NCBI GenBank assembly: GCA_028023455.1
Contig: JAQFVV010000006.1
Location: 17,112,001 to 17,176,000 of the forward strand
Direction of reading: 5' to 3'
DNA length: 64,000 nt
Source: Epiperipatus broadwayi
Taxonomy: Eukaryota; Animalia; Onychophora
In this document: positions 1 through 14,004 of the stretch, piece by piece
Layout: each line of letters begins with the position of its first letter
How positions within the stretch are numbered: position 1 is the stretch's first letter
The notes under the pieces: generated by a model
Told to the model about the DNA's origin: nothing
The model's input: only the letters and a program-made list of their open reading frames with translations
Database searches by the model: none
Position numbers and translations under genes: made by a program

Positions 1-854
1 TGTTATACATCGAAAGTATGCTAAACATGAATAAAAGCTAAATTCAAAATTTATAGACTGTCCAGAATATTTATATGACTATCATAAATCTTATAATTGT
101 ATAATTTTCGTTTTATATCTATTGGACTAAAGAATTATATGAACTAATATTTACTTTGAATATATGTAAATACACACCGATATTATTTTTTTACTTTTTT
201 CTTTATCAATGTTATTATTAAAGTAAATATTTGAAAACAAATTATGTCAAAAATAATATTTATTTTGTTAGGGGGAAAAAAAACTTAGACTTAAAAAAAA
301 TCTTTTATTTAGGTCATTATTTCTACTGGTTGTTTGAAAGATTTTCACTTTCATTAAAAAAAACAAAAACAAACAAGCTGTTATTAATAATGACTGGCAC
401 GTATTTCTATGTACGTTTCCTAAACAGATGTAGATTAACTTTAAAATATTGAATATATTCTAATTTTAGGACTAACATACTAAAATATATAATTTATTGA
501 ATAAATTTAAAATGAATAAGTTTAAAAATATGTAGCTTATTTTTTTGATAATTATTATATTTTATTAGTTTATTATTTTTTATGATTTGTTAATTTTATA
601 CAGCCTTTAATATATTATATGTATATTTTTTAATAATGCACTGTTAAGTTATAGTAAAAATTATAACTTCAACAGATTCATAAAAAATTCAATAAGGGAT
701 TATTAGAAATGATAAGGTTACATCTGTATTGTTATATTGGACTATTTACATCATCTAATATGTGTGTTGAATGTCTTTAGAAAAGTTTAATTTTAGTTAA
801 ATATTCCAAATGCATTCAACTGTTAGTAATATCACAGCAAACAGATTAGTATAT

Positions 855-902
855 GCACAACGTTTCAAGAGGTATTTTTCTCCCCTTATCTTCAGGTGTT
901 GC
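855..902 (-). ncRNA. Minimal type I hammerhead-like motif (family 1)
   Basis: Minus strand: caacac CTGAAGA taaggggagaaaaatacctctt GAAAC GTT gtg. The C before GAAA is changed to T. Confidence 0.6.
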
Positions 903-1203
903 TGGCCTGACCAGTGGCAGTACTAGCATGGGATTCAAACCTGAGTCCTTAGATTCTTGATTATTGAATCAATAGATCAGAACAGCTTTTCCAAGTCATA
1001 CCACACTATGAGGAATTCTAACATCTACAAAGCCTAAAGTTGAAATGCTGAAAAGAAAAACCCGCATTTATGAAATACCATGTGAATGTGGAAGAACATA
1101 TATTGGTGAGACCAGCCATCCCATTGAAAAGTGCTCGCAAGAACATAAACTGATGATTAGGAGAGAGAAAACAGATGTGCTAGTATTGTCACTGGTCAGG
1201 CCA

Positions 1204-1250
1204 GCAACACCTGAAGAAGAGGGGAGAAAATACCTCTCAAAACATTGTGC
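1204..1250 (+). ncRNA. Decayed hammerhead-like motif (family 1)
   Basis: caacac CTGAAGA agagggg..cctctc AAAAC ATT gtg. Both CpGs are mutated to CpA relative to the paralogous copies. Confidence 0.55.
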
Positions 1251-1519
1251 ATATACAAACTGTTTGCTGTGATATTACTAACAGTTGGTGCATATACTAA
1301 CCTGTTTGTTGTGATATTACTAACAATTGAGAATGCATTTGGAATATTTAAATAAAATTAAAACGTTTCTAAAGACATTCAACACAATATTAGATGATGG
1401 AAATAATCCAATATAAAAATACAGCTAGAACACCATCATCACAAGCCTTAAGGAAAATGATAAGGTTAAATGATCGAAAAACAACAAAAAACAAAACATT
1501 TACCTCTACTGCCATTTCT

Positions 1520-1612
1520 ACTTTTTTGTTATATGTCAGCGTTGACCGGGAAGCGAACCTGGGCCAGCTGCTTGGAAGGCAGCTATACTAACCGCTAGGC
1601 CACCAATGCTTG
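1520..1612 (-). mobile_element. tRNA-Gly(TCC)-derived short SINE / retropseudogene
   Basis: Minus strand GCATTGGTGGCCTAGCGGTTAGTATAGCTGCC-TTCCAA-GCAGCTGGCCCAGGTTCGCTTCCCGGTCAACGC closely resembles eukaryotic tRNA-Gly(TCC). A-rich tail; diverged 12-bp TSD (1508-1519 and 1613-1624, 10/12). Confidence 0.8.
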
Positions 1613-2411
1613 ACTATCATTTCTGTTTGACTAATAAAATGTGTTTAAGTTTCAACATTTTGAAAAAAAATGTTTTCTTTAATCTTTGAACTATACAGCT
1701 TTATATTTTGCGTACATTGTAGGTATGATTTGAAAGTATTTACCACAAGTTGCAATAAAAATATTGATATATAGATCATTGAAATGCTTTCAGAGATATC
1801 TCTGAAATTAAACAACACTAGTAACATCAAAATTTGCTACAAAAATATTTAATTTATAGTTTAGTAGTATCTTGCAATAACAGTTCATCCCTTAATGGTG
1901 ATTTGCTATAAGATTGGTACTGTTTTTAAAATATGCTCATTGCCATTTTCATTGTTTGTTTCACAGTATGTGTTTGAATTTAAATCTTACCTATAACAAA
2001 CACCACATTTTTGGACTATCACCCTAGATATTTGTTTATAGCATTCATGTACTTTGCCCAGGGTTTTTTGATTTTCCAAACTTAAAGTTATTTAATATAT
2101 ATTGTGTTATCTGTCTAGTTAGCATATAGATTTTTATGAATTTTTATCAAATACAACTACAATTATGCTCAAACGTATGACTATTCTCTTGAAAAATCTT
2201 CAGTGGTTTTTTTTTTTTTTTTAGCTAATAAATTAAAGCAAGAATCTCCAAAAATTACAAAAAAAATATCTAAAATAATCAGTAGATCTCGTGTTGGTGT
2301 TTATTGATAAAAAATAAAATAAAATAAAATTATTTTTTTAAGAATTAGCAATTGAATTATCTTAAAAACTTAAAAGAATTTTAGTTTGATTATTACCATA
2401 ATAAGACAAAT

Positions 2412-2683
2412 TTCCCAAAGGTGATGGTATATTAGGTGTGATAATATGTTGGACCATTTCCACCATCTACCATTAAATATTGAATGTATAGACATTTTAA
2501 ACTTTATTTAAACTTTTCAAACAACCTGTGTTGTCTATTTGGTGTAATTACTAACCTATGTTGTCTATTTGGGTGTTATTACTAACAACTTGTTTGTATT
2601 TGAAAAGTTTTAATAAAGTTTACAATTTTCTATACATTCAATGTTTAATGATAGATGATGGAAATAGTCCAGTATATCACATG
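2412..2683. mobile_element. Miniature fold-back element related to PLE family 1 termini
   Basis: ~95-bp inverted arms (~2430-2525 and ~2592-2688) ending in tagatgatggaaatagtcc, as in family 1. 13-bp TSD taataagacaaat at 2399-2411 and 2684-2696. Confidence 0.7.
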
Positions 2684-5600
2684 TAATAAGACAAATACTT
2701 ATATTTAAAAATTAAATTATAATGGTAACTATATATTTTATTAAATAGTTATAATAAGCCACAAAAGTATTAATAGTTAATTTCTTAACCTTCAACTAAT
2801 AATTTTCAGTTGAAGAAGGTTAAGAAATTAATTGAAAGTACTTATAGTATTTAAAAACATATTATTCCTATTATAATTCATTATTTTAATTACTGTAATT
2901 ATTTTACAATAGACATTTTATCACATTTATTTTAAAGATAATCAGTATATTTTGCTTTGAATTACTGTTTTATAGTTAGGTGTTGTTATGCCTAATATAT
3001 AATAGCAACTTCATTTTGGTGCTGTGTGTAGTCATAAGTTGGGAAAAAGGCTGAATTCATTTAACAATAATGTTCACAGTATTTACCTCTAATATTTAAT
3101 TTTTACTACTGTATGTATATATGTTTAAAATCATGTTTATTTTATCTGACAAAATCATCAGAGTAGGAAAGATTAGGGAATCAGAAATTTCTGAGTAAAC
3201 AATAATCCACCTATTCCAAGTTTGAACAGTAATGCTGGTCATAGACTTATCGTTGAAGGTTTTATTGCTTTCTTTAACCCTTTTGCTGATAATCCTGAAA
3301 ACATTGCATGTGTGCAGTATTGAGTATTCTGTTTTCAATTTTCAGTGATAGAAATTTCAATTGAAATGTGAATTTTTATGAATTATTAGTTTAACAATAA
3401 TAACTATAGATGTCAGGAGCTACTTGAGGTTTAAAAATTAATACGGTATAGACTAGTTCATTTATCAGAGTCAAAAAAATGCTAGCATATTTGTACCGCA
3501 TTGTTTTTTATAACGTGAAGATGAAATAATTTTATGTAAAATCTGTTTATTATTATTATTTTTTTTATAACAATATTGAATTTTTATTTCTAGTTATGTT
3601 GACAACACTTATCTTTAGATTTGATCAATTTATTTTACTATTTCGAACAAATTAGTCAAAATCTTATTGATTTCTTTATGAAACATACCTTATCTCAATA
3701 TCTTTCGTAATTGTTCTATAGTCCATTTTAAGATTATATGTTCTATTTTAATTTTTTAAACAGAGTTTCGATTATTTAAAGTTATGCTTTAGAAACATAT
3801 TTATGAAAAGTATTAAATTTTGGGATAATGATTATTTATTCATTCTTAAATGTCTTTATAGCCTACAAGCTAAAATGTTTTTTGTTTATTTCTGTTCATA
3901 AGTCATTTGTTTATTTACAAATTAATATTTCATCTTTTAGACTAACTTTGTTTATAGAATGAAAAATGTAAAAATTCAAGATTGAAAAAGATTGAAAATA
4001 GAAAATAAAATTTATTTCACTCAAGAATACAATGGAGACAAAATCTGTAAATAAAATACAATATGTATACCAATTTAATGTAGTTCATGGAAAGCAATAA
4101 TTAGATATCAAGATTATGTATTTCATTTATGATTAAAACATCATCTTGTAGTTTGGGCAATGATAATTATATGCAATAAATTACAGCAATATTAAATCTT
4201 AAAATCCGCATCTATTTTTTTTTCTCTTGTTCAATTTATTTATCATATGGCAATTAATAACATTATAGAAAAAACAGCATTACAGAAATATTACATATTT
4301 GCATTTCTGCTGTTTTTTATATAATGGTAGCAAAAATGGCGCTTGAAATTTTTTTGATTGATAAACTATAATAATCCCAATGTTTATTTTATTTATATGA
4401 GAGTTTTCAATATGACTGTATTGGAAGATCATATAGTAAAACTTCTAAAATATTGTTTTCCAAGGGAATGGGGAAAAAACAACAACAACAGATATAGGAA
4501 AGCATGAGTACCAGAAAGCCTTTAAAAAGTACAGATAAGAAAATTGTTTAAACACATATAAAACATAATTTTATTGTTACCTGTACTTACATCTCAGATA
4601 TCACCTATTACTTGAAAAGTGTGGGTACATATGTACAAAATATAGGGAATACATAATGCAAAATAGTGCTTAAATATTTGTTGAACTTTTCTATTTTTCA
4701 TTTTAACTTTCCAAATAATGAAACATTATTGAAATATCTTTAAAATCATGGTTTAAGATTTTATATATCTTTTTTTAAACAAAATCTTAGATGGTCATTC
4801 AATTCAAAGCATGGTCACTTTCATTGTGTTTATGCATGTTGTAGAAATAAAAGATGAGATGCAGTATAATGCAGCCACTCTTTGAAAGCAGCTGTTTCAG
4901 CACCTTTTAAATATGATAAATGTATAGTGTAACTTCAAACTCAGTATTTTTTTTTCCTTTTTGTTAGATAAAACTTTACTGCTGCAGGAATAAAACAGTA
5001 ACAGAAACAAAATATTATGAATAAGATTAAACCAACAATGTCAAAATTGAATATTGTATTGAAGAAAAAGTACTCTACAACATTGGGTTTCAAATATTCA
5101 TTTAATCCAAACAAAAGAATCCAGAACATCATATACTGTTTTATTTATTTATTTAAAAATTACCCATGCAGGAAAATTTCCCATGTTCATGGTTTATCAA
5201 TGAATGGATGCAGGAAAATAGTTATATGGTGCTAATTTTAGGATCTGCAGAAATATGAGGGAAAGGTGTATAAAAATTTCACTACAGTCATTTTTTCTAT
5301 TGTATTACTTGATGTGTTTTAGTACTGGAAGTATTACATATAAATTGTAATTTCTTTCATTTAATAATTCATTAATGTAATTATTATTGTATAAATTTTA
5401 AATCCAGATTGAATTTCATCTTTGTTTTTGATATTATAATTTTGTTTTTTACATTTAGTGTTAGTGTGTATATTATCTACAGCTTGTTTTGATTATATAT
5501 ACATTAATTATTAGAATTAATATTATTTTATCTGTTTACATATTGATTTTTTTTCTTCCTAAGTAATTAGAAGTAAAGTGAAATTATTTGAGATTGAGAT

Positions 5601-5732
5601 TTATGTATCAGTTCAACTTATATATATATTGGGTGGAATTTGAACTCAGATTTTCAAACTTCCTTTAGTCATCCACTCCACCTTAAACAACTGAAACACA
5701 TGACTACATACATGTAAAAAAGATAAATAATC

Positions 5733-5776
5733 TCAAATATATGTATTTTGTGCTGAACCAGCACTCATCAGTTGAT
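5733..5776 (-). ncRNA. Decayed hammerhead motif (family 2)
   Basis: Minus strand: tcaa CTGATGA GTGCT ggttc AGCAC AAAA tacata ta tttga (G12 changed to A at a CpG). Confidence 0.6.
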
Positions 5777-6376
5777 CCAAATCATTATCTCACCCACACA
5801 TATATAATCAGTGCTCGGTTTATATTAAGATAGCAAATTTTCAAACCTTAATGGATATGCTTCAGTTTTCTTCACTCTTTAACTTTTCAGTCATCCATAT
5901 TATTGTCAAAGCCCTTATTTGTTCATTTTTGTTGTGTCATGCCCATCTGACACCCCATATGTAGGACCTTAAGTCCAATTAAATACACAGAAAAGGGATG
6001 GCGAGAATACAGGCTCAACATGTAATATTTAAATACATGTATAATATTTATATTTTAAGTTAGATGTAATTAGAGAGGATTTGAACCCAGACTTTCAAGC
6101 TCTCTTTAGTCACCCACTCCAAACTCATTACCACATATATGTGAAAAAGATAAATGATTTCCAGTGTATGTATTTTGACTTATGGTCAACATGGGCATGG
6201 CACAACAAAAATTGGCAACAACGGCATATGCCATTAACAGATTTTCAATGATATAGATGGCTGAAGAGTTGGAGAGAGGAGAAGATTAAAGTCTGTCCAT
6301 TAAGGTTTGAAGATTTGCTATCTAAATATAAACTAAGCACTGATTATATATATATGTATGGGGCATGATGACCTGG

Positions 6377-6420
6377 ATCAACTGATGAGTGCTGGTTTAG
6401 CACAAAATACATATATTGGA
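6377..6420 (+). ncRNA. Decayed hammerhead motif (family 2)
   Basis: tcaa CTGATGA GTGCT ggttt AGCAC AAAA tacata ta ttgga. Stem II is perfect; G12 changed to A at a CpG. Confidence 0.65.
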
Positions 6421-7371
6421 GATAAATCTTTTTTGCATGTATTTGGCCATGTGCTTCGGTTGTATAAGATGGAGTGGGTGACTAAAGGGAGCATGAAAGT
6501 CCTCTCTAATTACACTAGCTTAAATATAAATGCTATACATGTATTTAAATATTATATATTGGGTAGAAGTGGAAAAAAAAAGGGAGGGGGATTTCATTAT
6601 TTAATTTCATTTTCGAATTTGAAACTAATTTTTAAAAATTAAGATTTTGGAGACTCATATCAAATAATATTTTTATTCGCTAATGAAAGGTTTTATATAT
6701 ATGAGTGTTTGTTTGAATTGTTCATAAGTGTTGTAGTTTAAAATTTGTACATTATATTTGTTTTTGTTCTGTCTACTATTTAAAGCGATATGCATTTTAA
6801 GTTTTAATATAAAATAATCTTTTTTTTTTTAACTGTATATATATTTTAAAAACAAACCGATTTTTAATCTCACAAATGCATTTTAAATCTGCATAATAGT
6901 ATGGTAATTGACACCACTCTTTTTTATTTTGTTTAATCTATTGTACAGTTTTTCTTAGTCTGTTTCATTAAAAAGAATACTGAGATGAATACATAAATCA
7001 GTAAATGTTAGCAGTGAAATTTGAAAAATTCAAAATGCATCAGTATTATAATATCAATATCCTAGATAAGTGGATTGGTCCATATTCCTATGTGTCGGCT
7101 GAAAGACAACTATTATAAAATATATCCTATACTCAATAATAATTTTTAAAGAAATTAATAACCACAGTAGCAAAAAGACTAATAAAAATAATGAAGAAAA
7201 ATAGCCCAAAGTGTATCATACACACGTGCATGGTAAGTTGGAAATAATTTTATGTATGTAAATCAAGTTGATATGGATTTATATTTGTTGAATTCTTTTA
7301 ATAATACATCTCTCCATAGATCTAACAACATACAATTAATGCATATGTTATTGACAATGATGTATTCGAAT

Positions 7372-9969
7372 CAGATGCAATGCATAGGAACTGCAGCACC
7401 CCTCAACTTTTTTTTCAGTATAAAATAAACTTATTTCTTTTTTTATTTATTTTTGTATGTGATATATTACCATCAACAATTTAGCACAATTTTCCTATTT
7501 TATATATAAACTAATTAAATCATTCTTAAGAGACTCTTAGGAAAGTGAAGAACTCTAGCGGCACTATGTTATTCACGGTGTCATTCTCGCATTTGATATG
7601 ACTCATAACATATAAGATAATAAGACTGTGAAAATGAATCCTATGCACAGATTTAGGTGCACCTTTTTCAGGCACATCCTGTTTTTGCCATGCATTACTA
7701 TTAGTTGAACAGCACCATCACTATTTATCATCCAAATGTATAAACACACAACATCATAAAATAAAGTATGAATCATACCTCAGAATAGCATTCATTCCAT
7801 ATTGATGTTGAAGTTATATCTAATTTTCTTAAATCGTAAAGTATATAATATTTTCTTTATTTTTTTAATTTAAAATATCTGAGTTATTGTAAATTATGGT
7901 CTCAAAAATTCAACTGCAAGAAATAAGTTTTGTGAACTCTGACAGAATAATGACAGTAGGTGAATTACAAAAAGTAAACTTTTCACAATCTACTATCACT
8001 GAAAAAGTTTCAATTAAAATTAGCGATTGTTTTTTTACCTGTTATTCAAATATCTCAGTCAGGAATTAGCAATAATAATAAGTATATTAGAACTTTTAAT
8101 ACAGAATGGTATAAAAAGAAAAAGTTGGCTATGTGCTTGGGAATTGAAGGATGCATTATTTGGTTTTCCATGTTTGTTGTTTGGAGGTGAGATGAAATGG
8201 TCAGTGGATGGTTTTAAAAATATAAATAAAATAAAAGAAACAAAACCGAGAAACAGGAAAAGTCAAAAAGATATAATGAAAATGCTGTTTCTTTTTCAAG
8301 TACTTTTTAGGAATTGTAGATATTAAATAAAAACTGAAGTCTACAGAGTTTCAGTTAATAAACATAACAAAATTTTATCTAAAAATGATGAAATTTTATA
8401 TTTATTGTATTTTATTTTGTGGAAATTTTGAAATTCCTTTACATGGACCTGACAAAACAGATGATTCGGTAAATTCAGGTCTATTTAGAGGATTATTAAA
8501 TTTCGCATCTAAATTAGATATGCAGTTAAAAAAAAATCATACAGAAAACAGCACAGTTATTAAAGGTATTTCTTAAGAGTATTCAGAATGAGATATTCAA
8601 TTGATTTTTTCAAATATATCAAAGTGAAATAAAAAAGGAGATTGAAGAAGCTCCATTTATAGCTGTAATGTCTGATGACGCAACAGACGTGTGTCTGAAC
8701 ATTCTCAGACTTACTATTCTTCGATATGTAAATGAAAAAATATTTCAACACTTTTGGAGATTCTATATACCAGCAAATCAAACTGCAGATGGTTTATCCA
8801 TATATATGCTAGAACAGTTTAATATTATCCTTCAAGGTAATATATGACAGACTAATAGTTCAGACATTTGATGGTACAAATGTCATGAAAGGCAAAAAAG
8901 GGAGTGTTCAAACCAAAATCAAAGAATTTTCTAATAATGCACATTTCACACATTGTTATGCTCATCAACTCAATCGTATAATAAAAAATACAGCAGGGGT
9001 TACCCAGAATTCAAATATTTTTTCTAATATTATGGCTATATCAATCTTGATCACTACAATGTGTAAGAATTCTTCATAAGCATGTGAACGCTACCATTCT
9101 GCGTTCATCTACTACAAGATGGAACTTTAACATACACATTGTCAAAGTTTATGAAAATTTGCAATCCTTAAAAAACTGTCTTACTGAAATTCAATCAGCA
9201 TTGGATGGAGATCAAACTATTTCAGAGGCTACAATTTAGTGAAATTTTAAATATGCTATTTTAAAAATAGGAAATTCAAAATACTGTGAGAATTCTTCAA
9301 AGACATTCACTGCCCAGTCATAGGAATTATGTGATTGCATATGTATTGATATGGAAGAAAGATATTCTTTTACTCAATCTCTTGAGGCAGCTAAATTATT
9401 AATAAGAACAAATTTATTAGTTTTAAAAACAAATTGCCTATACAAGGAATAAAATTGACCACTGAAACATATCCTGTGATCAATCAAGAAAAACTTGAAC
9501 TTCAAATAGATCTGTTATGCATGTGTATTGCATATTAATTAATTTCTTAAAATTTATAACAGAAAATAGTTTAGATTGTGCTCTCAGTGAAATTGCTGTT
9601 TTCATAAAACTTCCCTTGACTATTCCCATGACTACATCTGAGCCTGAATGCTTCTTTTCAACATTAAAAAAAAAATCAAATTCTTTCCGAGAAACACTAT
9701 TAAATGTGCTTGCAATTATAATAAAACATTTTTCAATAACCACAACATCCAGAAAAAAGTTATTGATCTTTTTCTTGCAAAACAAAACAAAAAGAATGGA
9801 TTTTGTTTTTAAGTAACTTTTAATAATACTGATAAATAATATTTAATTATGCTTATTTTTATTTTGCTATCAATTTTTTTTTTTTGAATGAATAGAAAAT
9901 AATTTCCCCATATTTACCTTTAATTTAAAATTTGCAGCACCGCCACGATACAACTTAGAAGTCCCATTG
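7372..9969 (+). mobile_element. Full-length hAT transposon fossil (ZMYM1/Tip100-like transposase, frameshifted)
   Basis: Fragments KSWLC..ALFGFPCLLFGG (Zn finger), PLHGPD..S.NSGLFRGLL (DUF4371-like), THCYAHQLN and TIPMTTSEPECFFSTLK (hAT dimerisation). Subterminal gcagcacc at both ends; 8-bp TSD attcgaat at 7364-7371 and 9970-9977. TIRs are degraded. Confidence 0.8.
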
Positions 9970-11049
9970 ATTCGAATAAATCCAAATTACAAGGAATTGA
10001 TAATGCATAATTTAACAAATACTTCCAGGTGGAAAGTCAATATCACAAAATTATTGTAAAGTTTAAGGGAATAGAATTGTTCATAATAAAAACCATAATG
10101 ACCGACAAAGGGGTCCATCTCCTTATTAACAATACTGATCAACATATTGAGCAAGTTCTGTAAATGTAAACTTATATTGACTTTTTCTTTAAGCTATATA
10201 TACGTAATGAGTTATTGCTTCACGGATATATATATAATCAATCAGATAGAAGTGCATATTAGTTAAATAAATATACCTAATATAAATTTAGCTATCATTA
10301 TACAAGTTATTGATTGGAAATTAGTTTACATTTCAAATAAGAGCAACTCTAAGAGGGGAGATAAAGATAAACAAGAAAGAAAGAAAAGATAAAGGATTTG
10401 TTTACAATGACTTCAAACCAATCCATAAAACAGAGATATATAACACTTTCCACTTTTTAACTATTTATTTGTCATTTTGTGAAGTTATTAGTTTGTTCTG
10501 TAGCAAACTTCCCAAATGTGAATATTTTATATAATTATATCCCTGCTATATGCTATTTTAAGCTGCCTTGAAATAATCTTTATTATTTGTCCCACTTATG
10601 TAAACGTTACTAAGGTTCACCATAAATAAGTCTGCTATTATTCATTTATTTCATGTGCCCAATTCAATGAAGATGTATTCCAATAATCAACAAAAACATA
10701 CTAATTTGGCTTTTGCTCTTGTCATTGTATTTTCGGAACATTATAGCATATCCTTAAAGGAAATTCTTCTAGCAATGATAGTAGCTGGCAAAATAACTGT
10801 ATTTATATAAATGTTTACATTTGTAAACAATAAATTTGCAAAAGATTATATGAAATAAAGAAAAAAATGTGTATAGTCACAAACAACATTGTCTTTCTAA
10901 TTTTCTTTTCCTTTTTTTAATACAAACATTTTATATATGCGTTTTTGTAAGAAAATGTAAAAAGTTATATTAATTAAAAATCTAGACAGTCTCTATATTT
11001 TTTTATTGAACTTAATAATAATAAAAGACTGATGTAGAATCATAAATGG

Positions 11050-11160
11050 AATGCCCTGCATGGTTTGATACATGTTGGCAAAGCATCTGACCTCGTATCC
11101 AGAGGTCCTATGACCGATTTTAGCTCTTGGACTTCATATGAACTCCTGAACTATAAAACC
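11050..11160 (+). mobile_element. Degenerate tRNA-like SINE fragment
   Basis: Shares the ccctgcatgg head and a cctgaactat motif with 24490-24605 (minus strand); weak A-box and anticodon-arm resemblance only. Confidence 0.3.
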
Positions 11161-11371
11161 ATTAGTATTTTTTTTTTTTAAATAAATGAAATGAAAATGC
11201 CATTTGTTATGCTTGTGATTTATATGCATATAAAATCTTTCCAGTTTAGTTTTTGTATATATATGTAAGATTATTAAATTATTAAAATGTTTCATGTAGG
11301 TGCTAGTGTTTTTTTTTTAATAATTTTAAAAATGTGAGCCTTCCGCAAACAATGAAAATATTTTTTGAATA

Positions 11372-11720
11372 CATCTGGGTCTCGTATATGCAGTAGATAG
11401 GTTTCACAGAAGACCCGCATTAAAAAAAATTGCACAAAAATAGACTTCATTTACCTTGAAAAGTGGGGGATATGTTCTGTAATTTTCAGAAATCGCATAA
11501 AAGTAAAGCAACAAGGAAAAATTATTTTAAAATTCGCATAAAAAAAAAATGAAATAAAGTATGACTAATAAAAAATTTCAAATATTAAAAAAAAAACTGA
11601 TACAAGACAAGCTTTTTTTTTATTAACTACAGTATTTAATTTTACATTTTTTATGCATATTTTAATCATTATTGCTATTTGACAATATGCTGTTCATTTG
11701 TGAACTTTTAAGAAATCAGA
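11372..11720 (+). mobile_element. Truncated pogo/Tigger-like element (left end)
   Basis: About 350 bp homologous to the left end of 18880-19951, starting ta|catctgggtctcg. Confidence 0.7.
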
Positions 11721-14004
11721 TTCATCACAAGAGGAAGTACAACTAGTGCCAACTTGAGTCTTGAGCTAATTGTTTATAAAGCTCATGATATCCAGACATC
11801 TATTTAGCTCTCTTTGGAATTTAAGAGGTTGTTCATTGCAGCAAACTCTCAGATTTTAGCATTTTCTGACATTTTTCGTTGTCACACACATCAATATAAA
11901 ATCTATGATTAAATGATTATTACTTATCAGAAAATAAATTTGTATTCATTTGATAGATATTTTTGTTTACTACTGAAATAAATTTTAAATGTTCATATTT
12001 TGATTCTATATTAAAAAAATTAGATCGCAATCAAAACAAAAAGATTATACATTATCATTAGAAATATTATTTTCAGTTTACAAAATTAACAAAATCTTTG
12101 TTATTTCTGATTATTTTTAAAACTGTAAAAGAATATATATTTATCTAATGTAATATGTTTTAAAAGTTTAAAATTTTTGAATATATACTCGTAAGTATAA
12201 ATCTATTATTATTATTTACTCATAAGTATAAGTAGGTTATTTACATAGAATTTAAGATTCATGTTAGCTGCTAATATAACATTATTTTGTGAAAAAAAAA
12301 AAAAAAAAAGGTATTTCAAGTCAAAGTAAGTTATTAATAATTTAAATTTCTTGATATCTAATATATATACTGAAATATGAACTTCTTTATCACATAAAAG
12401 AAAACCCACAGAAAAAGATATTAAGAAGAAACATGAATCGCATAACTTTAAAATCACATTAAGAAAATCCACATAAAATGAGACCCAGGTGTATATGTAT
12501 AAAAAGATCAGGATATTTAAGAAAGTCCAATGACAACATTTAATTGAAAATATTATAATTATTTCTATCATTTCAATGAAATAAAGCGTTATTTAATCCT
12601 AACCTGTTACTATTAGTAATCCAAATCTAGTATTTTTAACAAACTACTTTTATTTCCAAATTTGAACTAATACTGACTCAACTTATAAAATTGTTTTAGT
12701 TCAGTAAATATTTTGTAGTAGGAAATAGTGATACATATATATTTGCTGATCATTTTGTTATTCCATTTTAAACACAATTATTATACCCCCTCCCTATTTG
12801 TGCAATATTTGGGTCCAAACTATGTGCTCACAAACCAGAAGAACAATTATATAAAAAAAATTTTTTTTGTATGTGTTGACAGGGGAATAGCGTATATTCG
12901 TTAATGAGGGACAATTACAATATCACAAAGAATAGAAGAGGTTCTACAATTAGAATTAGAGATGTCTAAAATTTATATATAGACTGCTAGTGTCAGATGT
13001 TTAGTTAAATCTACTAGTGTACACAGATATAGAAGAATGATTTATTATCTGAGGACGGTTCAGTGAATAAGTTTTTTGTTTTAGAAAATAAGAAAAACAT
13101 AATTAATAAGAAAATTATCAAAGCTATCTATGTTCCAAAATATCAATCTATTTTATGACCTGGCACTATAAGATGTTGTACAAGAAAATTGGTATATGTA
13201 CACAACTATTTTGCATGGGGAGGGGCACAGAGAAAGGGATCGGTTTTTAAAGCCTAATGTTTGGAAATCAATAAAGGAAACTATTGAAAATTGCTAAAAT
13301 TATTTCATGTAATTCTTGTTTAGAACTACAGAATTGTTATATATATATATTTAAAAAAGTTTATAAAAATATATAATGCACTTTTATAAAAACAAATTAT
13401 CAAAAGTAGTAGCAAACAATGGAAGAATAAATGGTCCTGATTTGCTATGCGCTCACCACCATTTAAAATTTTAAGGACCACACAAAAACACCACTGACAC
13501 TTCCAAGTAATAAATGACATCAAATAATTTGCACAGTGTCACTTGGATGTGTCAGCGATGTGATTTGACTGGTTCTTAGAATTCAAAATGGCTGTGAGTG
13601 TACTTTAAATACCAAATGTTTATAACTTCTAAAATACAAATTATACTATATGCTGTATGAAATAATGCATATTATTTTTACTTGCTTATAATTTCTAAAA
13701 TATAAATTTAAAGTACTTAAACAGAAAAAATAAAGGAAAAAAATAATGGACACATATATTAATTAAAAACCCTATATGTTTAATCAATGCAAAATTGGTC
13801 AAACCACATGTTGAAATAATGTAAATGTTGAATAAACATAGAAACAACTTCCCAAGGATATTAACTCTATAATTAATAATAAATCGAATTTCATCTTAAC
13901 ATTAGCCGAAAGAATAATTATCTAAAGTAAAGAATATTAATTTTACAATTTAAAAAAAAAAAGAAAAAATACAGATTTTTTTTACCAAAGCAAGTAAGGT
14001 TATA

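Larger units (their letters stand above)
721..1454 (+). mobile_element. Penelope-like fold-back element, family 1 (inverted terminal repeat + GIY-YIG fragment + terminal repeat)
   Basis: Arms ~727-975 and ~1180-1415 are inverted copies of each other. The internal ORF reads IYEIPCECGRTYIGET..EHK (PLE GIY-YIG motif). 14-bp TSD aaatgataaggtta at 707-720 and 1455-1468. Confidence 0.85.
5639..6552. mobile_element. Composite fold-back PLE-type element, family 2 (older copy)
   Basis: Arms homologous to 48432-49028 in inverted arrangement; two HHR relics; 16-bp direct repeat tatatattgggt(g/a)gaa at 5623-5638 and 6553-6568. Confidence 0.7.

Noticed and set aside
1538-1609. Functional tRNA-Gly gene
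   Set aside because: T-loop and D-arm changes, an A-rich tail, a TSD and related SINE copies indicate a retroposed copy.
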